Positions 28,101 to 40,100 of a stretch of DNA of 64,000 bases are shown one piece after another. The first letter of the stretch is position 1; every line of letters starts with the position of its first letter. The DNA is taken from contig CDPCPM010000281.1 in NCBI GenBank assembly GCA_976551045.1, positions 1,674,001 to 1,738,000 of the forward strand, read 5' to 3'. A program made the position numbers and the translations under genes. The notes under the pieces are model-generated. The model was not told the DNA's origin. It did no database searches and saw nothing but the letters and a program-made list of their open reading frames with translations. This DNA is from Glaucostegus cemiculus (lineage: Eukaryota).

Positions 28101-31100
28101 CTGGGGATCAAAATCTCAAAGTAAATGGTTGGCCATTCAGGACAGAGTTGATGAGAATTTTGGTCACTCACAGTAGTGAAATTTTGGAATTCTAGAATTG
28201 GGTGCTCAGTCACCAAGTACAGTATATTTAACAAAAAGAATTTTAGGTATTGAGAGAATCAGCATATGTGGGGTTAATGCAGGAAAGTGATACTGCAGTA
28301 TATGTTCCTTACTGAATAACAGATGACGCACAAAGGCTGAAGAATCATAGAACAGTACAGCACAATACAGGCCATTTGGCCCACAGTATTGTACCGACCT
28401 TTAAACCTCCCCTAAGACTATCTAACCCCTTCTTCCCACATATCCCTCTACTTTAAATTCCTCCATATACTTATTTAGCAATCTCTTGAATTTGACAAAT
28501 GTACTTGCCTCCACCACCACCCCAGGCAGCGCATTCCATGCCCCAACCACTCTCTGGGTAAAAAAAAACCTCCCTCTGACATCTCCCTTGAACTTTTCAT
28601 CCATTACTTTAAAGCCATGCCCTCTTGTATTGAGCATTGGTGCCCCAGGAAAGAGGTGCTGGCTGTCTATCTATTCCTCTTAATATTTTGTACATCCCTA
28701 TCATATCTCCTCTCATCTTCTCTCCAAAGAGTAAAGCCCTAGCTCCCTTAGGCTCTCCTCATAATGCATACTCTCTAAACCAGGCAGCATCCTGGTAAAT
28801 CTCCTCTGCACCCTTTCCAACGCTTCCACAGCCTTCCTATAATGAGATGACCAGAATGGGACATAGTACTCTAGATGTGGTCTAACCAGAGTTTTGTTAA
28901 GCTGCATTATTACCTCGTGGCTCTTAGACTCAGTCCCACAACTTATGAATGCTAACATCCCATAAGCTTTCTTAACTACCCTATCCACGAGTGAGGCAAC
29001 TTTCAGTGATCTGTGCATATGAAGGCCCCAGATCCCTCTGCTCCTCCAGACCACCCAGAATCCTGCCATTCACTTTGTACTCTGCCTTGGAGTTTGTCCT
29101 TCTAAAGTGTACTACCTCATACTTCTCTGGATTGAACTCCATCTGCCACTTCTCAGCCCAGCTCTGCATCCTATCAATGTTCCTCTGCAATCTTCAACAA
29201 TCCTCCACGCTCTGCACAACACCACCAAACTTTGTGTCGTCTGCAAACTTACTAATCCACACTTCTACCCCCTCATCCGTCATTAATAAAAACTATGAAA
29301 AGCAGATATACTCTTATTTCTATTTCCTATGTTATTATGTTCTTAAGACTAAAACAAGAAGGTTTACTATACTTTCACCTTTTTATAGGCATTCGATAAG
29401 AATATCAAAAAGAATATGTTGAAAGCAACTAGTATGAATACAGCTCTGTTGTAAGTGCGTCTCCTCGTCAGAAGTGTGTGGATGCAAGCTCCACTAATGA
29501 TTTGTGAGATGATATATTCCAGAACTGAAGGCAATGGAGGTTATGCATTTTGGATGAAGAAGTAAACAAAGCCACACATCTGTTCAACCAAATGCAAAAG
29601 AAAATATAATCATATTTAAAGATCGTCAGGGAGTGCACATAATAGGACAAAGTGGATTGGCATCCACAATCTCCAATACACTGTTTCCAACCTTCCATGG
29701 GAAATAGAGCCTCTCTCACAAGTTGAGGGAAAAATAACCTGAACCACCCTTGCTCATCTTCTGAAAGTATGGTTTTGAGTGGCATTAATGGAGGTGAAGT
29801 TGAACTTTTCTTCTGAGTGATGAAGGAAGAGAAATGAAGGGGCAGGAGTAAGACGAGGAAAAACACTCTGAGTTGATAAATGTGATTTTATACTGTTTAA
29901 CAGGATATATCTGAAATATTTCTGCACAGCTATATGATATAGAAAGGATAGTGGCATCATTAAAATTCTTAAACAGAATTTACAACTACATTCTCCTACA
30001 GCTTGAAGAGCAGTTGAGTCGTCTTCAACGTGAAAAGAATGAACTACAGAGTCGACTTGAAGAAGACCAAGAAGATATGAATGAACTCATGAAGAAACAC
30101 AAAGCCATAGTGGCTCAGGTAGGTAGAATCTGGTATCTTTTTTTAATAAATCTACTAACTTCACAACCTTTCTGTAGTTTGCAGAGCAGAATTTAAAATG
30201 TACTGAAAATGGGAAATTTTTTTATTAAAAAATTTGGCTAATTCTGTACAATTATGGTAGTGATAGATAATTTTTTTTGATGGTTAGCTCCAGCAGTTTT
30301 AGTTATTTAATTTAAGTCTATCTATGGAATAGAATGGGTCAGATCTTCCATTGAGCACTACTAGCAGATAAGCTTGAAACAGGACTATTCCCGAAAGGCT
30401 GTAATGGATCCTTCCACTCATTAGAGTGCTGGCTGCAGGACAGAAACACTGCTGGTGAACTCCTCATTCCAACCAACAGGGAAATGTCACTTCTGCAGTT
30501 TTGCCAGCTTTCAGGCTGATAGATTTATTCCCTGAACCTGTACCAGGTTAATTGGGTACAAACATGCAAGGCCATTAAAATGGATGGGAGAAATTGTCTG
30601 CCAGGGTAAAGTAGGTCTTTTTTAATTGGATTTAAGTTTGTAAAAGTATTTTAAGTTGTATTCTGTGTCCATGTGTTCAATCTTCCAACTTTTACATTTT
30701 TAAAACATTTTTTGACTTAATTTTTTAATAGGTCCCTAATAGTTTTTAAATATTTGTGAATGTTAAAGACCTTCACTAACAATGACTGCTCTGACAGCCA
30801 TTGAGTGTAGGAGTGGGAACTCAACAGTTATCAAAGCTATTCTGTGATCTTCTGTGAGTAGCAGTCTGCTGGCCTGGGCCAAACTGAGAACCTGCCTGCA
30901 TGCATGGTCCAGGGCTTGTGAAAGATGATCTTAGAACAGTAAAGATTGTGTTTTCTATTTGAGATAGAATTTTCCAAAAAGTAGAAGATCCTGTCTCATG
31001 AAGAACAGGCCTATTTACAGCCCAAACTTTTCTCCTTAATTCCTGAAAATTAATCTTCTTCAAATTCATATCTGTGAAACTAAATATTTCCACAGTCATC

Positions 31101-34100
31101 CAGGGACCTGGGCCAGATTAATGAACTGCAGTCACAACTAGATGAAGCCTATAAAGAAAAACAAGAATTGCAAGAAAAGGTATGTAACTTATTCACTTGT
31201 CATTGGTTTCTTCTCTTGTCATAATCAATAATTGTCATGCTGCAATACCTAGACAATTTACAGGTATAACAGGTGGCAAGTAACATTCATGCCCCATAAG
31301 TGCCAAGCAATTAACATCTTCAGCAAGGGAGAGTTTAACCACCTACCTTTGACATTTATTGGTGTTTGTACTGTCAATGTCCAGGTGTCCACCATTGACC
31401 AGAAACTTAATTGGATCAGCCACAAAAATGAACTTCAAGAGCAAGTCAGAGATGGGGTAACCTTGAATATGTGATTCACTACTTGTTTCTCCAAATCCTT
31501 GGCATCATCTCTGCAAGGCACAAGACAAATTCTTGATAGAACATTTTCCACTTTCCTGACTGAAAAGCTGAATACCATACAAGTTAAAGCAGTCTATTTG
31601 ATCGGCATCTGATCCACAACCCTAAATATTCATTCCCTCCTCTACCTGTAAATGGTGGCTGTAGTTTGTACCATCTATAAAATTCATTCTAATTACTTGC
31701 CAAGGCTACTTAAACAGTACTTCCCAAATCTGCAACCTTCACCCTGAAGGAGCACAAGAACAGTAAGCACATGGAAACATTACCACCTGGAAGGTCCCAT
31801 TCTAACTTGGAAGAAAATTGCAGTCCTTGATTGCCGCCAGATATGAATGGATTCCACGGGGAAGACTTAAGTAGTTCAAGAAGAAAGCTCACCACCACCT
31901 CCTCAAGGGCAGTTAGAGGTGGGCAGTAAATTCTATCCTTGCCAACAACATCTCTGTTTAAATAAATAAATGAAATGTTTTCAAGCAATTAAACCAAACC
32001 ACATAACTGAATATTTTATAGCTTCTGGAGCAATTTTTTCACATCCAATAATATGTACTTGTAGAATTGCAGAATGATTAGAATTTAATTTCTTTCTAGA
32101 TTAATAAATTAATGTGGGCTGAATAGCCTGTCTTAGTTATAATGATCTCTAGATTCAGCAGTAAACTTTTGAAACTCTGCCAATAAAAGTCATTTGTTTT
32201 GAAGGGTAAAATGAAACGGCAAAGAAACCTTGCATTTCCTGAACTCACAAAACATTCATCCCATCCTTTATGTCACAAATCTTTGTGAAGATAAGAATGA
32301 AGGAAAGAATATTCAAAAGCTGTTTCACACTAATACACAGAGAGTGGTAGGTGCGTGGAATGCCCTGCCAGCAGAGGTTGTGGGGGCAGATACATTAGGG
32401 ACATTTAAGAGACTCTTAGATAGACACATGAATGACAGAGAAATGAAAGGTTATGTGGGAGGGAAGGGTTAGATAGATATTAGAGCAGGATAAAATGTCA
32501 GCACAACATTGTGGGCCGAAGGGCCTGTATTGTGCTGTAATGTTCTATTTAATCCTTGTCATGGCACTTCTTGAACCTTCTCTATAAAATGAATGTGTGC
32601 GTCATGCAACCCAAATTGGGCACAGTATTCAGCTTCTCCGTATAAACAATGCTGATCAGGATATCAGCAACTTAAAGGTGACAAATAACATGGATTTACT
32701 TCACTAAAGTGGAATTGCCCCTTTGAAATTTTAGCTAGAACATTGAATAAATGGCCCTGCTGAGTACCATCTATGGTTAAGCACAAAAGGTCTTCATTTT
32801 TCAATATGTATGACTGCCGAGTGATCTGATCAGCAAAATCCTGGGAAATTTAAGTGCAAGGTCATGTGTTTTACCTTCTATCAGAAAATTATGATGCCAC
32901 CATTAAAAGATTAGAAATCTTTTTGAAGAAATATTGTTTTGTGTGTAACAATAAACTCATAGAATGTTTGCTTTAATTCAGTTTCTTTCCTTATTCATTC
33001 TTGGGGAATAAATGATTGAGCAGGACCACATTTATTATCCATCCCCAGCTAGTGGTGGAATTGCAATTTCCATCATGTTAGAGAATTTCAGGATTATAAT
33101 AAGACTTTGATGGAAAGAATAGAAATGATTGTCCAAATCAGCATAGTTTGGAACTTGGAGGTGAGATGGTAATGTTTCTGTAGCTGCCTTTACTCTTTCA
33201 GGTGACAGAAGCATGAGCAGAGAGAGGTACCCTCAGAATGAGGGACTAACAGTAGTGTATTACATCCTGTAGATCATGTATACTGCAGCCACAGTACACT
33301 ATTGATAAAAGGGTGAATCCCAAGCCCCTTTTCAGGAATGGCAATTTATTAACCTTTATGTGGAATAAGGGAAATATGTTTTATTCTGCTGATTTCTATT
33401 CAATTGCAGCATTAATTTTAATCAATATGGCTTTATACATTCTGATATTGCTCTTTTCTATGCAACTTTCTCCAGTTACAAGGACTGCAGAGTCAGCTAG
33501 ATTTTACAGAGCAATCCATGGTAGATAAATCCTTGGTGAGTAGGCAAGAAGCCAAGATTCGTGAACTTGAAACCAAACTGGAATTTGAGAAGACCCAGGT
33601 CAAACGTCTTGAGGTATGTAGTTGCAGCAAATCTCACTCTAGATTCCTTTGCATCCCACACTATTGAAAATATAAACTTAAAAGTATATATTTAAGACTG
33701 AAGCAGAATGATCATAAGAACTTGTCTGTCCAATACCTTAACTGAAAGTTGCATGCGACATTAACATCATAACTTACCTTACAAATCAAATTTAATTTAA
33801 AAAATTACAAATAGAAAGTAATTGTTTTCTCAAAGTCAAAGTCGAGTTTATTGTCACAAGCGCAAGTACATGTATGCACAGGTGTGAGGAAAAATTTACT
33901 TGCAGCAGCATCACAGACATGTAGCATCAGACAAGCAGCATTCACAAGAAAAGCCTAAACTAAGTATAAATTAAATATAAATTAAACACACTTTTACAAG
34001 AAAGAACACAATTGAAACAAAAAAAAAGTCCATTCTAGTGCAAAGTGATCAAAGTTGTCATAGTGTTGCTAAACTAGTGTTTAGAGTTTTGCCAGTTTAT

Positions 34101-37100
34101 TCAAGAACCAAACGGTTGAAGGGAAGTAGCTGTTCTTGAACCTGGAGGTGTGAGACTTCAGGCTTCTGTACCTCCTGCCTGATAGTAGCTGTGAGAAGAT
34201 GGCATGACTTGGATGGTGGGGATCAGTGATGATAGATGTTGCTTTCCTGAGGCAGTACCTCCTGTAGATACTACCAATGATGGGGAGGTATGTACTGAGC
34301 AGAGTCTACTACTCCCTGTAGCTTCTTGCATTTCTGCACATTCGAATTGCTGTACCAGACCATGATACACCCAGTATTGGCAAGACATTTGTAGAAGTTT
34401 GTTGGAGTGTTCGGTGACAAGCTAAACCTCCCAACCTCCTAAGAAAAGTAAAAATGTTGGTGCACTTTCCTTATGGTTGCACCTATGTGCTGGGTCCAGG
34501 ACAGGTCATCCGAAATGTTAACGCCCAGGAGTTTAAAGCTGCTGACTCTATCCACCACTGATGCCCAAACATGTTTGCCCTCCTTCTTCCACCGTCCTTC
34601 CCATTCCTGCAGTCAACAATAGTTTTTAGTTCTGCTGACATTGAGCAAGAGGTTGTTGTTGCGGCACCACTCAACCAGGTGTCCTATCTCACTCCGGTAA
34701 GTTGACTCATCACTACCTGTAATTCGTCCAACAACAGTGGTGTCATTGGCAAATTTGTATATGTCATTGGAGCTGTGCTTAGCCACACAGTCATATGTGG
34801 CTAATATGTTTTGACAGAAATAGTATGGAGATAACTAACAGACTTAATGTCACAGATCTAGTGGATATGCAGGAACAGGAGGACCTCTATTAATGTGTGT
34901 ATAAATCTTTGGAACTGACATTACATTATTTGGAGGGCATATGGAATCCTGGACCACGAATAGAGCATACTGTGCAAAAACAGGGTGGTTATATTAAATC
35001 TTTACAAAAGTCCCAAATATAGTGAAGAAGAGATGTATTAAGGATAAGGGCCTAAAAGAACAGAGGACTTGTTTCTTTTTCTCCTTGGAACAAAAATGAT
35101 TGAGAGCATACTTAATAGTGTACACAAGATTCTCCTGTGTTTAGACAGGGTAAATAGGGAGGCTGTCCCAGTTAGCAGATGGAGCATTAGGGGAATCAGA
35201 TTTAAAGTGAAGGGCAAACGAATTCTGGAAAATCTGAGGAAAAAGTTTTGTGCATAGAGTGGTGATGATCTGGAACTTGTTGAATCACAGTCAGTCAGGT
35301 CAGGTCTTTTACAAGGGTATTGGATAAGCACTTGAAGGAAAGTCTACAGGGAAAGAGTGGGGGAAATGTGTTGAATAGACGGTCTATGATGAAGAAGACA
35401 ACATGTTGGCACAGATAGAACTGGCTGACAGGAAACCGAGAGTAGCCATGTAGGGCTTTCATGGTTGGGAAATGAAAGGAATGGTGTGCCACAGGGTCAG
35501 TGCTGGAACTTCAACTTTTTATAGTTTGTATAAGTGACTTGAATGAAGGTACCAAAGGTAAGCTTGCTGATGACACAAACATATGGAAGTTGGGAAGAGG
35601 ACATAAAAAAGGTGCAAAGGGATACTGATTTGTTTAGTAAGTGGGCAAATGTCTGTCAAGTGGGGTTATAGGGGGAAAAATGTGAGATTAAACCATGCTG
35701 GCAAGAAAGAATAAAGTGAAACATATTACATAAATGGTGAAATGCTGCAGAGGGATGTGAGTGTTCTTGTACCTAGGTTGGTGTGTAAGTACAGCAGGTA
35801 ATAAGGACAATTAACAGAATGTTATTGTTTAATGCTCAGGAAATAGAGTTCAAAAATAGGGAAGTTTTGCTTTTGGGCATTGGTGAGGCCACATTTGCAC
35901 TAACTTCTACATATTAGGCTCTTTATTTAAGCAAGATTAAACATGTATTGGGAGCAGTTTAAAGAAGAATGCTAGGCTAATACCTAGAATGGCAGGGTTG
36001 ACATTTGATGAAAGATTGGACATGCTAAGCCTATAACTGCTGGAATTTAGAAGAAGGCAAGGTGATTTCATTGAAACACATACAAGCCTTGAGCGGCCTT
36101 GCCAGAGTGGATGTGAAGAGTATACTCCCTCTTGTAGAGAACATAATACTATAGGTAACTTTTTAAAAAGCAGGGGCCATCCCTTTAATAAGGCAATAAT
36201 TTTTTTTGCTGAGAGTTATAAATCATTGGACAGTGGAAGCTGCTTCTTGATAGGCAAGGGGGTAGATGATGTTTATAGAGTTGGGGTTATAATTAAATTG
36301 GCCACGATTTTATTGAATGAATGAGCAGGCTCAAGGAGCCAAATGGATTCAATTGGCTAAATGATCTCTTTCAATACCATAAGTTTCTATAATTTAACTA
36401 TTGTTGTGATGTTGACTATTAGTGGTGGGGCAGAGAAGACCCATAGGCTAATGTGCAGATGAACATGTAGTCTACTCTAGATGAATCCCTGTTTGTGAAG
36501 GGAGAAAGCAGCATAGAAATCATTGGACAAATGGAACCAGAAGATGCAACAACTGTGGTTTAGGATTTTTGTAACAAGGTGCATCGGTAGAGGCAGTGTG
36601 GGATATAGAAGGAGGTATTGAAAAGGGATTGTTTATTAGAGAGCAAACTGAGCTTGGATTTCAACAGTACTTCAAAGTTCTGCATTTTTGATCTGAGTTG
36701 GAAACTGAGAAGCTTGACAGAGGCAATAATTGAACAACTTAAATGTTTATATGAGCTCATTAAACTAGATAAGTTTTGCTTATGTTAAGTTGGTGCAAGA
36801 TAGAGCTCACTTAATCTTGATATCAAAGAGGACTTTATTTAGAGAGTCGGGCAGAACCATTGGGCTTCATGAAGGAAGCATAAATATAGAACTGATTTTC
36901 AATAGTTTTCTGTTTCCATGCTTCTGGATGATGTTAAAAACTGTAAACACATCAATGAAGAGGTGATGTAAACTTCAGATTATGACTGCGGGTTCACCGG
37001 AGGTAACCAGTTACATGTTGGAGAAGGGTTGCAGGCAATCTGATTTCTCTGCAGTGCTAGGCAAAAATGAAATAGGATGAAGCAATGTTATGGAACAGGA

Positions 37101-40100
37101 TCAAGTAAAGAGAACTGATGAAAGATGAATGAGTAAATAGTAAAGTAGAACAGACAGTGAGGCACTGACCTAGGACTATGTTGTTATAATGTTCTTCTTT
37201 TCCCCTTGCTGCACTTTGTCTAAATGAGGTATTCAGAACTGTATAGGGACACTTTTAAAAGCAAAGTTAGGAAAAATTAGGCAGGCTGGGATAGTAGTGG
37301 TGAAAAGAGTAGCCGAATTCAAAAATAAGGTTGAATAATATTGGAAAATTAAAGCACCTGAGTATGGATTGATTATAGTTCTAGTTTTAGGGGTAAATAT
37401 TATAAAGTTTCCTTAGAAAAAAATATAGTGCCTTTTATGAAAATGTCAGTAAGACGGTTTCTGGTTTTTCAAAGAAGTTGGGGAGGGGGAGTGTTGGAAA
37501 TTGGGGATGGGTGAAAGATGCATGTTAACAGCAAAATGAATTTAACAGTAATCATCTCATCTGTAGTAAATAACTGGAAATACTCAGCAGGTCTCTCAGC
37601 ATCTGTGGCGAGAGAAACAGACCTTAACATTTCAGATTGATGAAGGTCATCTACCTGAAACAATAATTTGGCTTCTCTCTCCAGAGATGTTGCTTGAGCT
37701 CAAAGTATTTTGAGCATTTTTTGTTTTCATTTCACATATTGGGCATCTGTGGTATTTTATTCTTGTACAATTAATCATTAGATGTGGAACTACTGCAGGG
37801 GGTATAATTCTTCAGGATCATAAACTTAATTTTGAAATAAATCTAAATAACCTTAAATTTATGCTAAATTTGCTTAGTTGAGCAATCATATACTCCTGCT
37901 CTCTTGAACCAGAAGGAAAAAATAAACCTTAACTATCTAATAAATTTCCCTGGTTGTAAGGAATTTTATTACATTTGGTGGGTGGGGGGGGGGGGGGTGG
38001 GGGAAGGTGCAATTTGTAATTGCAATGAAGGGGAAATTGTTAACGTCAGCAGCTGCATCTTTCGGGATTTCTCCTTTCTGTTTTCTTATTATTTATCAGT
38101 ATCATATCATAAAATGCCTCTTTTCTCTTCTCAAGAACACTTCTAGTTGAGGTTTATGTTAAGTATGACCACTAAGAATTGAGGAGAGAGGTGAAACTGA
38201 TTAAAAAAACTGACATATATAATATTTTCAAATTCATGTTTTCATCATCGAAGCAAATGGGCATTTTATATTTCTGTTAAAGCTAGAACAATTACAATTC
38301 ATTTTATAAAAATTTATACTGATAAATCAGATAACTCAGTAACACAGTTTGAATTAGGTATTATATTGCTGTGTTCTAATCCATGCAAAGAATTTGATAG
38401 TAGCTCAATAGATAATTTATTATCTTTTTTACTGTTTATATAGAGCCTAGTTGGTCGTCTTAAGGAAAACCTGGAAAAACTGGGAGAAGAGAGAGATCAG
38501 AGATCAGCTGCTGAAAATCGTGAGAAGGAACAAAATAAGCGACTGCAACGGCAGCTTAGGGATGTTAAAGAAGAAATGGGTGAACTTACCAAGAAGGAAG
38601 CAGAGGCAAGCCGTAAAAAACATGAACTAGTAAGTGAACAATTTTTAATCTTTGTGACTACAGCTCATTTTCATTTCTTTATATGAATGCTAGAATAGAA
38701 TATAAGTAAGCATGTATTTCTGTGGAAGAATAATGATTGCAAGTGAATGGTGGATATTTTGGGAAGTTAAAGTAATTCCCTCTTTATGCCAATGATGAAA
38801 TACAACACCCCCCTCCCCAGTCTCCTGTTGACCTTTGGAATAAGGTTGGGCGGGCTTCTCAAAGAAGCATGAAATAGTGCAAAATTTCATACAATCCCAT
38901 GAATGGGTTATTAAATTGTATTAAGAAAGATTTCTTTACCTGTTAATTGTAGTTAGTAGAGGTGATATTTAACATAAATGATATTTTAACTATCTTGGTG
39001 TATGGTGAAAGTCTGATAATCTGGCTGACTCAGGAATTTGCTGCCACTCAGGCAGATTTTCCAAATTATTGGTCATCACTCCAATTAATATTCCCAACAC
39101 ACTTTTAATTCAGGTTCTTGTGTGTTGCACAGTACAGTGGTATAATAAACTTACCAGTGAAACAGGTGAGTTTCAAGGGAGCACTGTAAGTGGAGCCAGG
39201 TGGGTGAGAAGGCAGCGTGGGAACCAGGGCTTTGGTGAGTTAAAGGACAAAGGGAAACTGGGGCTTTGGTCATTTAGTGGGTGGTGCTGGAACTGGGGCC
39301 TTGGTAAATTTGAGCCTTGCGCAGGAACCGGAGCCTTGGTGAGGTAGAGGGCAGTGCTGAAACCAGGGCTTTGGTAAGTTTGACGACATCAGATTTATTT
39401 AAAGAAAGCATTTACCTGTATTTTCGCTCAGCCTGATTTTTCTTCCTATGGCCGTCGTAAACTTGTAAATAAACTCTGTAGGTAATAAGAGATGGTGTAG
39501 TACTTCATCCAACTGATATTCTTTCTGTAACCTCAAAGAATGTGCAACATCAATTGATGGACCATGCCCTGACCTGCTCATGTTCCACTTAAATAGAGGG
39601 GTTCTAGATGGTAAAGACAAGAGAATTCAGAGATATTTTTTTATTTCCTTTTTGAAGATATTTTCACAATTAATCATACTGTTGTTTTTTTTATATAGGA
39701 AATGGATATTGAAAGCCTTGAAGCTGCAAATCAGAGTCTACAGTCTGACCTTAAACTTGCTTTTAAAAGAATTGGAGATCTACAAGCAGCAATCGAAGAT
39801 GAAATGGAAAGTGATGAAAATGATGACCTTATTAATAGGTATGTTGTGTGTGATTGGCATGATTTCAAGCATTTATTGCAAACTGTAAAAGTTGTTTCAA
39901 AAGACTAAAGATGTACAAACAGACTGGAAGACATCACCATCCTACTAAAAGGCATTAAGTACTTTCAGAAATCAAAATTTAGCAAACTCTGTTTTTAATG
40001 CTTAAATGCATTTCTTTAAGTGAAGTTCTAGAATAACATAGTAGCTAGTCACACAGAACATTTGAAGCAACATTCCTGCTAGTATGTCCAGTGCAAATGA

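Noticed and set aside
39190-39385. CRISPR-like repeat/spacer array
   Set aside because: Vertebrate intron, degenerate repeats, short related spacers and no cas genes. It is a minisatellite inside a MITE-like element.
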